DNA from: the human T2T-CHM13v2.0 reference genome, Homo sapiens
Assembly: GCF_009914755.1 (NCBI RefSeq)
Contig: NC_060948.1
DNA length: 64,000 nucleotides
Direction: 5' to 3' (one strand)
Of the stretch, positions 13,163 to 27,462 are shown in pieces. The stretch's first letter is position 1; each line of letters starts with the position of its first letter. The position numbers and the translations under genes are program-made. The notes beneath the pieces are model-generated. The model had not been told where the DNA came from and made no database searches. It was given only the letters and a program-made list of their open reading frames with translations.

Positions 13163-16100
13163 CCTGTCCATTACACTACATTCCCTTCCATTCCAATGAA
13201 TTCCATTCCGTTCCAATCCATTCCTTTCCTTTCGCTTGCATTCCATTCTATTCTCTTCTACTGCATACAATTTCACTCCATTCGTTCCCATTCCATTCAA
13301 TTCCATTCCATTCAATTCCATTCCATTTGTTTCCATTCTCTTCGATTCCATTTCTTTATATTCCATGCCATTCGATTACATTCTATTGGATTGCATTACA
13401 TTCGTGTTCATTCCATTCCAGACCATTCCATTTGACTCCATTCCTTTCGAGCCCTTTCAATTTGAGTCCATTCTTTTCCAGTCCATTTCATTCCAGTCCA
13501 TTACTATCCATTCCATACCGTTCCATCCCATTCCATTCCATTCCATTCCATTCCATTCCATTCCATTCCATTCCATTCCATTGCATTCCATTCCATTCCA
13601 TTCCATTGCACTGCACTCCATTCCATTACATTCTACTCTATCTGAGTCGATTTTATTGCATTAGATTCTATTCCATTGGATTACTTTCCATTCGATTACA
13701 TTCTATTCATGTACATTCCATTCCAGTCAATTACATTCGAGTTCATTACATTACATTCCAGTATATTCCATTGTATTCGATCCCATTCCTTTCAATTCCA
13801 TTTCATTCGACTCCATTATATTCCATTCCATTCCACTCGAATCCATTCCATTAGAGGACATTCCATTCCAATGCATTCCATTCCATTCCATAGCATTCCA
13901 TTGCATTCGATTCCATTCCATTTGATGCCATTCCATTTGATGCCATTCCATGACATTCCATTCCATTCGAGTCCATTCCGTTCCAATTCATTCCATTCCG
14001 TTTCATGAAATTCGAGTCCTTTCCAGTACATTTCATTCCAATCCCATCCAATCCAATCTACTCCATTCAATTCCTTTCCATTCCATTTGATTTGATTCCA
14101 TTGATTTGATTCCATTCAGTTTGATTCCATTCCGTGAAATTTTGTTCCATTCTATTCCATTGCATTACTTTCCATTCAATTCCATTCCATTTCATTTCAG
14201 TCCATTCGCTTCCTTTCCTTTCGATTCAATTCCATTTGATTCCACTCCATTCTATGCGATTTCATTCCAATCGATTCAATTCCATTCGATGACATTCCTT
14301 TCGTTTCCATTCCATTCGAGTCCATTCAATTTGAGCATTCGTGTCCATTCTATTCGAGTCCATTCCATTACCGTCTATTCTATTCCCTTCCATTCCTGTT
14401 GATTCAATTTCATTCCCTTCCATTCGATTCCTTTCCATTCGATTCCATTCCTTTCCATTCCATTCCATTCGTTCCCATTCCATGTGATTTCATTCCATTC
14501 CAGTCCATTATATTCGAGTCCACTCCACTCCGTTCTATTACATTCAATTCCTTTTGAGTCCGTTCCATAACACTCCATTCATTTCGATTCCATTTCTTGC
14601 CAGTTTTCTTCCATTTTATTCCATTCCGTTCGATTCCATTCCATTCGATTGCATTCCATTCGAATCCTTTCCATTCCATTTCATTCCATTCCTTTCTATT
14701 CCATTCCATTTCATTCGATTTGATTCCATTCTGTTCTATTCCATTCAAATCTTTTTCATTCCATTCGAATCCTTTCTATTGCAGTCCATTCCATTCGAGT
14801 CCATTCCAATCCCTTCCATTCCATTCCATTACAGTCCATTCCAATAGATTCCATTCCTTTGCCTTCCATTCGAATCCATTCCATTCTAGTCCATTCCATT
14901 TGAGTCAATTCCATTCCATTCCATTCTATTCCTTTCCAATCCATTCGATTCCATTCGATTCAATTCCATTTGATTCTCTTTCATTCTATTTTATTCCATG
15001 CCATTTGATTGCATTGCATTCCATTCCGTTTGATTCCAGTCCATTCAAGAAAGTTCCATTCCAGTCCATTGCTTTCCAGTCCATTCCATTCCACTCTAGT
15101 CTATTCCACTCCATTCCTTTCCATTCCATTCCATACTATTCCATTCCATTCCTTTACATTCCGTTTCCAATCTATTCGAGTCCATTGCATTCCAGTCCAA
15201 TCCATTCGATTACATTCCTTTTGATTCCCTGCCAGTCGATTGCATTGCCTACTAGACCATTCCAAAGGAGTTCATTCCATTCTATCTCAACACTTTCCAA
15301 TCCACTCTGTTTGAGTCCATTCCATTCCAGTCCATTTAATTCAAGGGCATTCCATTCCATTCCATTCCATTCCATTTCATATTATTCCATTCCATTCAAT
15401 TCCATTCCAGATGATTCCATTCCGTTCTATACCATTGCTCTCTGTCCCATTCCATTCCATCTGTCTCCATTCCTTTCGTTTCGATTCCTTTCCATTCCAT
15501 TCCATTACATTTGATCCTATTTTATTACATTGCATTCTATTCGAGTGATTTCCATTGGAGTCCTTTCCATTCGATTCCATTCCATTCTATTCCATTCCTT
15601 TGGATTCCATTCCATTCCGTTCCGTTCACATCAATTCCTTGCGATTCCATTACATTCGATTTCTTGCCATTCGATTCCATTCCTTTTGACTCCATTTCAT
15701 TCGATTCCATTCCATTCCATTTATTTCCATTCCATTCGAGACCTTTCCATTGCAGTCTTTTCCCTTCGAGTCCATTCCCTTCGAGTCCATTCCGTTCGAT
15801 TCCCTTCCATTCGATTCCATTCCATTGGAGTCCGTACCAGTCGAGTCCATTCTATTCCAGTCCATTAGTTTCGACTCCATTGCATTCGAGTGCATTCCAT
15901 TCCGTGGCTGTCCATTCCATTCCGTTTGATGCCATTCCATACGATTCCATTCAATTCGAGACCATTCTATTCCTGTCCATTCCTTGTGGTTCGATTCCAT
16001 TTCACTCTAGTCCATTCCATTCCATTCAATTCCATTCGACTCTATTCCGTTCCATTCAATTCCATTCCATTCGATTCCATTTTTTTCGAGAACCTTCCAT

Positions 16101-16771
16101 TATTCTCCCTTCCATTCCAGTGCATTCCATTCCAGTCTCTTCAGTTCGATTCCATTCCACTCGTTTCGATTCCTTTCCATTCCAGCCCATTCCATTCCAT
16201 TCCATTCCTTTCCTTTCCGTTTCATTAGATTCCATTGCATTCCATTCCATTCAATTCAATTCCGTGCTATTCAATTTGATTCATTTCCATTTAATTCCAT
16301 TCTATTAGATTCCATTCCGTACGATTGCATTCCTTTTGAATCCATTCCATTGGAGTCCATTCACTTCCAGAACATTCCATTCCAGTCGAATCCATTCGAG
16401 TACATTCCATTAAAGTTCATTACATTCTAATACATTCCATTCCATTGAATTCCATTCCATTCCATTGCATTCCATTCCATTCCATTCGATGCCATTCGAT
16501 TCCATTCCATGCCAAATCATTGCATTCCTTTCCATTCCGTTCCTATCAATTCCATTCCATTCGATTTAGTTCGTTTCTATTCACTTCCATTCCATTCGAT
16601 TCCATTCCATTGGAGTCAATTCCTTTCGACACCCAGCCTTTCCAGTCAATGATTTTGGATTCCATTTTTTTGCATTCCATTACATTCTATGACATTCGAT
16701 TCCGTTTCATTGCATTCCATTCCATACATTTTTATTCCATTCGAGACCGTAGCATTCCACTTTATTCCAGG
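13163..16771 (+). repeat. DYZ1 monomer 4 (3609 bp, longest)
   Basis: GGCC at 13161 and 16770; 15-bp insertion at ~15770 and 20-bp insertion at ~16445. Confidence 0.9.
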
Positions 16772-19700
16772 CCTGTCCATAACACTACATTCCCTTCCAT
16801 TCCAATGAATTCCATTCCATTCCAATCCATTCCTTTCCTTTCGCTTGCATTCCATTCTATTCTCTTCTACTGCATACAATTTCACTCCATTCGTTCCCAT
16901 TCCATTCAATTCCATTCCATTCAATTCCATTCCATTTGTTTCCATTCTCTTCGATTCCATTTCTTTATATTCCATGCCATTCGATTCCATTCTATTGGGT
17001 TGCATTACATTCGTGTTCATTCCATTCCAGACCATTCCATTTGACTCCATTCCTTTCGAGACCTTTCAATTTGAGTCCATTCCTTTCCAGTCCATTTCAC
17101 TCCAGTCCATTACTATCCATTCCATACCATTCCATCCCATTCCATTCCATTCCATTCCATTCCATTCCATTCCATTGCATTCCATTCCATTCCATTCCAT
17201 TGCACTGCACTCCATTCCATTACATTCTACTCTATCTGAGTCGATTTTATTGCATTAGATTCTATTCCATTGGATTACTTTCCATTCGATTACATTCCAT
17301 TCATGTACATTCCATTCCAGTCAATTACCTTCGAGTTCATTACGTTACATTCCAGTATATTCCATTGTATTCGATCCCATTCCTTTCAATTCCATTTCAT
17401 TCGACTCCATTATATTCAATTCCATTCCACTCGAATCCATTCCATTAGAGGACATTCCATTCCAATGCATTCCATTCCATTCCATAGCATTCCATTGCAT
17501 TCGATTCCATTCCATTTGATGCCATTCCATTTGATGCCATCCCATGACATTCCATTCCATTCGAGTCCATTCCGTTCCAATTCATTCCATTACGTTTCAT
17601 GAAATTCGAGTCCTTTCCAGTACATTTCATTCCAATCCCATCCAATCCCATCTACTCCATTCAATTCCTTTCCATTCCATTTGATTTGATTCCATTGATT
17701 TGATTCCATTCAGTTTGATTCCATTCCGTGAAATTTCGTTCCATTCTATTCCATTGCATTACTTTCCATTCAATTCCATTCCATTTCATTTCAGTCCATT
17801 CGCTTCCTTTCCTTTCGATTCAATTCCATTTGATTCCACTCCATTCTATGCGATTTCATTCCAATCGATTCAATTCCATTCGATGACATTCCTTTCGTTT
17901 CCATTCCATTCGTGTCCATTTAATTTGAGCATTCGTGTCCATTCTATTCGAGTCCATTCCATTACCGTCTATTCTATTCCCTTCCATTCCTGTTGATTCA
18001 ATTTCATTCCCTTCCATTCGATTCCTTTCCATTCGATTCCATTCCTTTCCATTCCATTCCATTCGTTCCCATTCCATGTGATTTCATTCAATTCCAGTCC
18101 ATTATATTCGAGTCCACTCCACTCCATTCTATTACATTCAATTCCTTTTGAGTCCGTTCCATAACACTCCATTCATTTCGATTCCATTTCTTGCCAGTTT
18201 TCTTCCATTTTATTCCATTCCGTTCGATTCCATTCCATTCGATTGCATTCCATTCGAATCCTTTCCATTCCATTTCATTCCATTCCTTTCTATTCCATTC
18301 CATTTCATTCGATTTGATTCCATTCTGTTCTATTCCATTCAATTCTTTTTCATTCCATTCGAATCCTTTGTATTGCAGTCCATTCCATTCGAGTCCATTC
18401 CAATCCCTTCCATTCCATTCCATTACAGTCCATTCCAATAGATTCCATTCCTTTGCCTTCCATTCGAATCCATTCCATTCTAGTCCATTCCATTTGAGTC
18501 AATTCCATTCCATTCCATTCTATTCCTTTCCAATCCATTCGATTCCATTCGATTCAATTCCATTTGATTCTCTTTCATTCTATTTTATTCCATGCCATTT
18601 GATTGCATTGCATTCCATTCCGTTTGATTCCAGTCCATCCAAGAAAGTTCCATTCCAGTCCATTGCTTTCCAGTCCATTCCATTCCACTGTAGTCTATTC
18701 CACTCCATTCCCTTCCATTGCATTCCATACTATTCCATTCTATTCCTTTGCATTCCGTTTCCAATCTATTCGAGTCCATTGCATTCCAGTCCAATCCATT
18801 CGATTACATTCCTTTTGATTCCCTGCCAGTCGATTGCATTGCATACTACACCATTCCAAAGCAGTTCATTCCATTCTATCTCCACACTTTCCATTCCACT
18901 CTGTTTGAGTCCATTCCATTCCAGTCCATTTAATTCAAGGGCATTCCATTCCATTCCATTCCATTCCATTTCATATTATTCCATTCCATTCAATTCCATT
19001 CCAGATGATTCCATTCCATTCTATACCATTGCTCTCTGTTCCATTCCATTCCATCTGTCTCCATTCCTTTCGTTTCGATTCCTTTCCATTCCATTCCATT
19101 ACATTTGATCCTATTTTATTAAATTGCATTCTATTCGAGTGATTTCCATTCGAGTCCTTTCCATTCGATTCCATTCCATTCTATTCCATTCCTTTGGATT
19201 CCATTCCATTCCGTTCCGTTCACATCAATTCCTGGCGATTCCATTACATTCGATTTCTTGCCATTCGATTCCATTCCTTTTGACTCCATTTCATTCGATT
19301 CCATTCCATTCCATTAATTTCCATTCCATTCGAGACCTTTCCATTGCAGTCTTTTCCCTTCGAGTCCATTCCGTTCGATTCACTTCCGTTCGATTCCCTT
19401 CCATTCGATTCCATTCCATTGGAGTCCGTACCAGTCGAGTCCATTCTATTCCAGTCCATTAGTTTCGACTCCATTGCATTCGAGTGCATTCCATTCCGTG
19501 GCTGTCCATTCCATTCCGTTTGATGCCATTCCATACGATTCCATTCAATTCGAGACCATTCTATTCCTGTCCATTCCTTGTGGTTCGATTCCATTTCACT
19601 CTAGTCCATTCCATTCCATTCAATTCCATTCGACTCTATTCCGTTCCATTCAATTCCATTCCATTCGATTCCATTTTTTTCGAGAACCTTCCATTACACT

Positions 19701-20345
19701 CCCTTCCATTCCAGTGCATTCCATTCCAGTCTCTTCAGTTCGATTCCATTCCATTCGTTTCGATTCCTTTCCATTCCAGCCCATTCCATTCCATTCCATT
19801 CCATTCCATTCCGTTTCATTAGATTCCATTGCATTCCATTCCATTCAATTCAATTCCGTGCTATTCAATTTGATTCATTTCCATTTAATTCCATTCCATT
19901 AGATTCCATTCCGTACGATTCCATTCCTTTTGAATCCATTCCATTGGAGTCCATTCACTTCCAGAACATTCCATTCCAGTCGAATCCATTCGAGTACATT
20001 CCATTAATGTTCATTACATTCTAATACATTCCATTCCATTGCATTCCATTCCATTCCATTCGATGCCATTCGATTCCATTCCATGCCAAATCATTGCATT
20101 CCTTTCCATTCCGTTCCTATCAATTCCATTCCATTCGATTTAGTTCGATTCTATTCACTTCCATTCCATTCGATTCCATTCCATTGGAGTCAATTCCTTT
20201 CGACACCCAGCCTTTCCAGTCAATGATTTTGGATTCCATTTTTTTGCATTCCATTACGTTCTATGACATTCGATTCCGTTTCATTGCATTCCATTCCATA
20301 CATTTTTATTCCATTCGAGACCGTAGCATTCCACTTTATTCCAGG
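16772..20345 (+). repeat. DYZ1 monomer 5 (3574 bp)
   Basis: GGCC at 16770 and 20344. Confidence 0.9.
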
Positions 20346-23300
20346 CCTGTCCATTACACTACATTCCCTTCCATTCCAATGAATTCCATTCCATTCCAAT
20401 CCATTCCTTTCCTTTCGCTTGCATTCCATTCTATTCTCTTCTACTGCATACAATTTCACTCCATTCGTTCCCATTCCATTCAATTCCATTCCATTCAATT
20501 CCATTCCATTTGTTTCCATTCTCTTCGATTCCATTTCTTTATATTCCATGCCATTCGATTCCATTCTATTGGGTTGCATTACATTCGTGTTCATTCCATT
20601 CCAGACCATTCCATTTGACTCCATTCCTTTCGAGCCCTTTCAATTTGAGTCCATTCCTTTCCAGTCCATTTCACTCCAGTCCATTACTATCCATTCCATC
20701 CCTTTCCATTCCATTCCATTCCATTCCATTCCATTCCATTGCATTCCATTCCATTCCATTCCATTGCACTGCACTCCATTCCATTACATTCTACTCTATC
20801 TGAGTCGATTTGATTGCATTAGATTCTATTCCATTGGATTACTTTCCATTCGATTACATTCCATTCATGTACATTCCATTCCAGTCAATTACATTCGAGT
20901 TCATTACGTTACATTCCAGTATATTCCATTGCATTCGATCCCATTCCTTTCAATTCCATTTCATTCGACTCCATTATATTCGATTCCATTCCACTCGAAT
21001 CCATTCCATTAGAGGACATTCCATTCCAATGCATTCCATTCCATTCCATAGCATTCCATTGCATTCGATTCCATTCCATTTGATGCCATTCCATTTGATG
21101 CCATCCCATGACATTCCATTCCATTCGAGTCCATTCCGTTACAATTCATTCCATTCCGTTTCATGAAATTCGAGTCCTTTCCAGTACATTTCATTCCAAT
21201 CCCATCCAATCCCATCTACTCCATTCAATTCCTTTCCATTCCATTTCATTTGATTCCATTGATTTGATTCCATTCAGTTTGATTCCATTCCGTGAAATTT
21301 CGTTCCATTCTATTCCATTGCATTACTTTCCATTCAATTCCATTCCATTTCATTTCAGTCCATTCGCTTCCTTTCCTTTCGATTCAATTCCATTTGATTC
21401 CACTCCATTCTATGCGATTTCATTCCAATCTATTCAATTCCATTCGATGACATTCCTTTCGTTTCCATTCCATTCGAGTCCATTTAATTTGAACATTCGT
21501 GTCCATTCTATTCGAGTCCATTCCATTACAGTCTATTCTATTCCCTTCCATTCCTGTTGATTCAATTTCATTCCCTTCCATTCGATTCCTTTCCATTCGA
21601 TTCCATTCCTTTCCATGCCATTCCATTCGTTCCCATTCCATGTGATTTCATTCCATTCCAGTCCATTATATTCGAGTCCACTCCACTCCATTCTATTACA
21701 TTCAATTCCTTTTGAGTCCGTTCCATAACACTCCATTCATTTCGATTCCATTTCTTGCCAGTTTTCTTCCATTTTATTCCATTCCGTTCGATTCCATTCC
21801 ATTCGATTGCATTCCATTCGAATCCTTTCCATTCCATTTCATTCCATTCCTTTCTATTCCATTCCATTTCATTCGATTTGATTCCATTCTGTTCTATTCC
21901 ATTCAATTCTTTTTCATTCCATTCGAATCCTTTCTATTGCAGTCCATTCCATTCGAGTTCATTCCAATCCCTTCCATTCCATTCCATTACAGTCCATTCC
22001 AATAGATTCCATTCCTTTGCCTTCCATTCGAATCCATTCCATTCTAGTCCATTCCATTTGAGTCAATTCCATTCCATTCCATTCTATTCCTTTCCAATCC
22101 ATTCGATTCCATTCGATTCAATTCCATTTGATTCTCTTTCATTCTATTTTATTCCATGCCATTTGATTGCATTGCATTCCATTCCGTTTGATTCCAATCC
22201 ATCCAAGAAAGTTCCATTCCAGTCCATTGCTTTCCAGTCCATTCCATTCCACTCTAGTCTATTCCACTCCATTCCTTTCCATTCCATTCCATACTATTCC
22301 ATTCCATTCCTTTGCATTCCGTTTCCAACCTATTCGAGTCCATTGCATTCCAGTCCAATCCATTCGATTACATTCCTTTTGATTCCCTGCCAGTCGATTG
22401 CATTGCATACTACACCATTCCAAAGGAGTCCATTCCATTCTATCTCAACACTTTCGATTCCACTCTGTTCGAGTCCAGTCCATTTAATTCAAGGGCATTC
22501 CATTCCATTCCATTCCATTCCATTTCATATTATTCCATTCCATTCAATTCCATTCCAGATGATTCCATTCCATTGTATACCATTGCTCTCTGTTCCATTC
22601 CATTCCATCTGTCTCCATTCCTTCCGTTTCGATTCCTTTCCATTCCATTCTATTACATTTGATCCTATTTTATTAAATTGCATTCTATTCGAGTGATTTC
22701 CATTCGAGTCCTTTCCATTCGATTCCATTCCATTCTATTCCATTCCTTTGGATTCCATTCCATTCCGTTCCGTTCACATCAATTCCTTGCGATTCCATTA
22801 CATTCGATTTCTTGCCATTCGATTCCATTCCTTTTGACTCAATTTCATTCGATTCCATTCCATCCCATTAATTTCCATTCCATTCGAGACCTTTCCATTG
22901 CAGTCTTTTCCCTTCGAGGCCATTCCGTTCGATTCCCTTCCATTCGATTCCATTCCATTGGAGTCCGTACCAGTCGAGTCCATTCTATTCCAGTCCATTA
23001 GTTTCGACTCCATTGCATTCGAGTGCATTCCATTCCGTGGCTGTCCATTCCATTCCGTTTGATGCCATTCCATACGATTCCATTCAATTCGAGACCATTC
23101 TATTCCTGTCCATTCCTTGTGGTTCGATTCCATTTCACTCTAGTCCATTCCATTCCATTCAATTCCATTCGACACTATTCCGTTCCATTCAATTCCATTC
23201 CATTCGATTCCATTTTTTTCGAGAACCTTCCATTACACTCCCTTCCATTCCAGTGCATTCCATTCCAGTCTCTTCAGTTCGATTCCATTCCATTCGTTTC

Positions 23301-23883
23301 GATTCCTTTCCATTCCAGCCCATTCGATTCCATTCCATTCTTTCCTTTTCGTTTCATTAGATTCCATTGCATTCGATTCCATTCTATTCAATTCCGTGCT
23401 ATTCAATTTGATTCATTTCCATTTAATTCCATTCCATTAGAATCCATTCCGTTCGATTCCATTCCTTTCGAATCCATTCCATTGGAGTCCATTCACTTCC
23501 AGAACATTCCATTCCAGTCGAATCCATTCGAGTACCTTCCATTAATGTTCATTACATTCTAATACATTCCATTCCATTGCATTCCATTCCATTCCATTCG
23601 ATGCCATTCGATTCCATTCCATGCCAAATCATTGCATTCCTTTCCATTCCGTTCCTATCAATTCCATTCCATTCGATTTAGTTCGATTCTATTCACTTCC
23701 ATTCCATTCGATTCCATTCCATTGCAGTCAATTCCTTTCGACACCCAGCCTTTCCAGTCAGTGATTTTGGATTCCATTTTTTTGCATTCCATTACATTCT
23801 ATGACATTCGATTCCGTTTCATTGCATTCCATTCCATACATTTTTATTCCATTCGAGACCGTAGCATTCCACTTTATTCCAGG
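20346..23883 (+). repeat. DYZ1 monomer 6 (3538 bp)
   Basis: GGCC at 20344 and 23882; extra internal GGCC at 22918. Confidence 0.9.
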
Positions 23884-26800
23884 CCTGTCCATTACACTAC
23901 ATTCCCTTCCATTCCAATGAATTCCATTCCATTCCAATCCATTCCTTTCCTTTCGCTTGCATTCCATTCTATTCCCTTCTACTGCATACAATTTCACTCC
24001 ATTCGTTCCCATTCCATTCAATTCCATTCCATTCAATTCCATTCCATTTGTTTCCATTCTCTTCGATTCCATTTCTTTATATTCCATGCCATTCGATTCC
24101 ATTCTATTGGAATGCATTACATTCGTGTTCATTCCATTCCAGACCATTCCATTTGACTCCATTCCTTTCGAGCCCTTTCAATTTGAGTCCATTCCTTTCC
24201 AGTCCATTTCACTCCAGTCCATTACTATCCATTCCATACCATTCCATCCCATTCCATTCCATTCCATTCCATTCCATTCCATTCCATTCCATTCCATTCC
24301 ATTCCATTGCATTCCATTCCATTCCATTCCATTGCACTGCACTCCATTCCATTACATTCTACTCTATCTGAGTCGATTTTATTGCATTAGATTCTATTCC
24401 ATTGGATTACTTTCCATTCGATTACATTCCATTCATGTACATTCCATTCCAGTCAATTACATTCGAGTTCATTACATTACATTCCATTATATTCCATTGT
24501 ATTCGATCCCATTCCTTTCAATTCCATTTCATTCGACTCCATTATATTCGATTCCATTCCACTCGAATCCATTCCATTAGAGGACATTCCATTCCAATGC
24601 ATTCCATTCCATTCCATAGCATTCCATTGCATTCGATTCCATTCCATTTGATGCCATTCCATTTGATGCCATTCCATGACATTCCATTCCATTCGAGTCC
24701 GTTCCGTTCCAATTCATTCCATTCCGTTTCATGAAATTCGAGTCCTTTCCAGTACATTTCATTCCAATCCCATCCAATCCAATCTACTCCATTCAATTCC
24801 TTTCCATTCCATTTGATTAGATTCCATTGATTTGATTCCATTCAGTTTGATTCCATTCCGTGAAATTTCGTTCCATTCTATTCCATTGCATTACTTTCCA
24901 TTCAATTCCATTCCATTTCATTTCAGTCCATTCGCTTCCTTTCCTTTCGATTCAATTCCATTTGATTCCACTCCATTCTATGCGATTTCATTCCAATCGA
25001 TTCAATTCCATTCGATGACATTCCTTTCGTTTCCATTCCATTCGAGTCCATTCAATTTGAGCATTCGTGTCCATTCTATTGGAGTCCATTCCATTACCGT
25101 CTATTCTATTCCCTTCCATTCCTGTTGATTCAATTTCATTCCCTTCCATTCGATTCCTTTCCATTCGATTCCATTCCTTTCCATTCCATTCCATTCGTTC
25201 CCATTCCATGTGATTTCATTCCATTCCAGTCCATTATATTCGAGTCCACTCCACTCCATTCTATTACATTCAATTCCTTTTGAGTCCGTTCCATAACACT
25301 CCATTCATTTCGATTCCATTTCTTGCCAGTTTTCTTCCATTTTATTCCATTCCGTTCGATTCCATTCCATTCGATTGCATTCCATTCGAATCCTTTCCAT
25401 TCCATTTCATACCATTCCTTTCCATTCCATTCCATTTCATTCGATTTGATTCCATTCTGTTCTATTCCATTCAATTCTTTTTCATTCCATTCGAATCCTT
25501 TCTATTGCAGTCCATTCCATTCGAGTCCATTCCAATCCCTTCCATTCCATTCCATTACAGTCCATTCCAATAGATTCCATTCCTTTGCCTTCCATTCGAA
25601 TCCATTCCATTCTAGTCCATTCCGTTTGAGTCAATTCCATTCCATTCCATTCTATTCCTTTCCAATCCATTCGATTCCATTCGATTCAATTCCATTTGAT
25701 TCTCTTTCATTCTATTTTATTCCATGCCATTTGATTGCATTGCATTCCATTCCGTTTGATTCCAGTCCATTCAAGAAAGTTCCATTCCAGTCCATTGCTT
25801 TCCAGTCCATTCCATTCCACTCTAGTCTATTCCACTCCATTCCTTTCCATTCCATTCCATACTATTCCATTCCATTCCTTTGCATTCCGTTTCCAATCTA
25901 TTCGAGTCCATTGCATTCCAGTCCAATCCATTCCATTACATTCCTTTTGATTGCCTGCCAGTCGATTGCATTGCATACTACACCATTCCAAAGGAGTCCA
26001 TTCCATTCTATCTCAACACTTTCCATTCCACTCTGTTCGAGTCCATTCCATTCCAGTCCATTTAATTCAAGGGCATTCCATTCCATTCCATTCCATTCCA
26101 TTTCATATTATTCCATTCCATTCAATTCCATTCCAGATGATTCCATTCCATTCTATACCATTGCTCTCTGTTCCATTCCATTCCATCTGTCTCCATTCCT
26201 TTCGTTTCGATTCCTTTCCATTCCATTCCATTACATTTGATCCTATTTTATTAAATTGCATTCTATTCGAGTGATTTCCATTCGAGTCCTTTCCATTCGA
26301 TTCCATTCCATTCTATTCCATTCCTTTGGATTCCATTCCATTCCGTTCCGTTCACATCAATTCCTTGTGATTCCATTACATTCGATTTCTTGCCATTCGA
26401 TTCCATTCCTTTTGACTCCATTTCATTCGATTCCATTCCATTCCATTAATTTCCATTCCATTCGAGACCTTTCCATTGCAGTCTTTTACCTTCGAGTCCA
26501 TTCCGTTCGATTCCCTTCCATTCGATTCCATTCCATTGGAGTCCGTACCAGTCGAGTCCATTCTATTCCAGTCCATTAGTTTCGACTCCATTGCATTCGA
26601 GTGCATTCCATTCCGTGGCTGTCCATTCCATTCCGTTTGATGCCATTCCATACGATTCCATTCAATTCGAGACCATTCTATTCATGTCCATTCCTTGTGG
26701 TTCGATTCCATTTCACTGTAGTCCATTCCATTCCATTCAATTCCATTCGACTCTATTCCGTTCCATTCAATTCCATTCCATTCGATTCCATTTTTTTCCA

Positions 26801-27462
26801 GAACCTTCCATTACACTCCCTTCCATTCCAGTGCATTCCATTCCAGTCTCTTCAGTTCGATTCCATTCCATTCGTTTCGATTCCTTTCCATTCCAGTCCA
26901 TTCCATTCCATTCCATTCCTTTCCTTTCCGTTTCATTAGATTCCATTGCATTCCATTCCATTCAATTCAATTCCGTGCTATTCAATTTGATTCATTTCCA
27001 TTTAATTCCATTCCATTAGATTCCATTCCGTACGATTCCATTCCTTTTGAATCCATTCCATTGGAGTCCATTCACTTCCAGAACATTCCATTCCAGTCGA
27101 ATCCATTCGAGTACATTCCATTAAAGTTCATTACGTTCTAATACATTCCATTCCATTGCATTCCATTCCATTGCATTCGATGCCATTCGATTCCATTCCA
27201 TGCCAAATCATTGCATTCCTTTCCATTCCGTTCCTATCAATTCCATTCCATTCGATTTAGTTCGATTCTATTCACTTCCATTCCATTCGATTCCATTCCA
27301 TTGGAGTCAATTCCTTTCGACACCCAGCCTTTCCAGTCAATGATTTTGGATTCCATTTTTTTGCATTCCATTACATTCTATGACATTCGATTCCGTTTCA
27401 TTGCATTCCATTCCATACATTTTTATTCCATTCGAGACCGTAGCATTCCACTTTATTCCAGG
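23884..27462 (+). repeat. DYZ1 monomer 7 (3579 bp)
   Basis: GGCC at 23882 and 27461. Confidence 0.9.

Noticed and set aside
24814-24824. TGATTAGATTC variant resembling a DUX4 site (TGATTAGATTA)
   Set aside because: It mismatches at the terminal TAA/TTA core, occurs in only a few monomers, and is easily produced by chance from the pentamer background.
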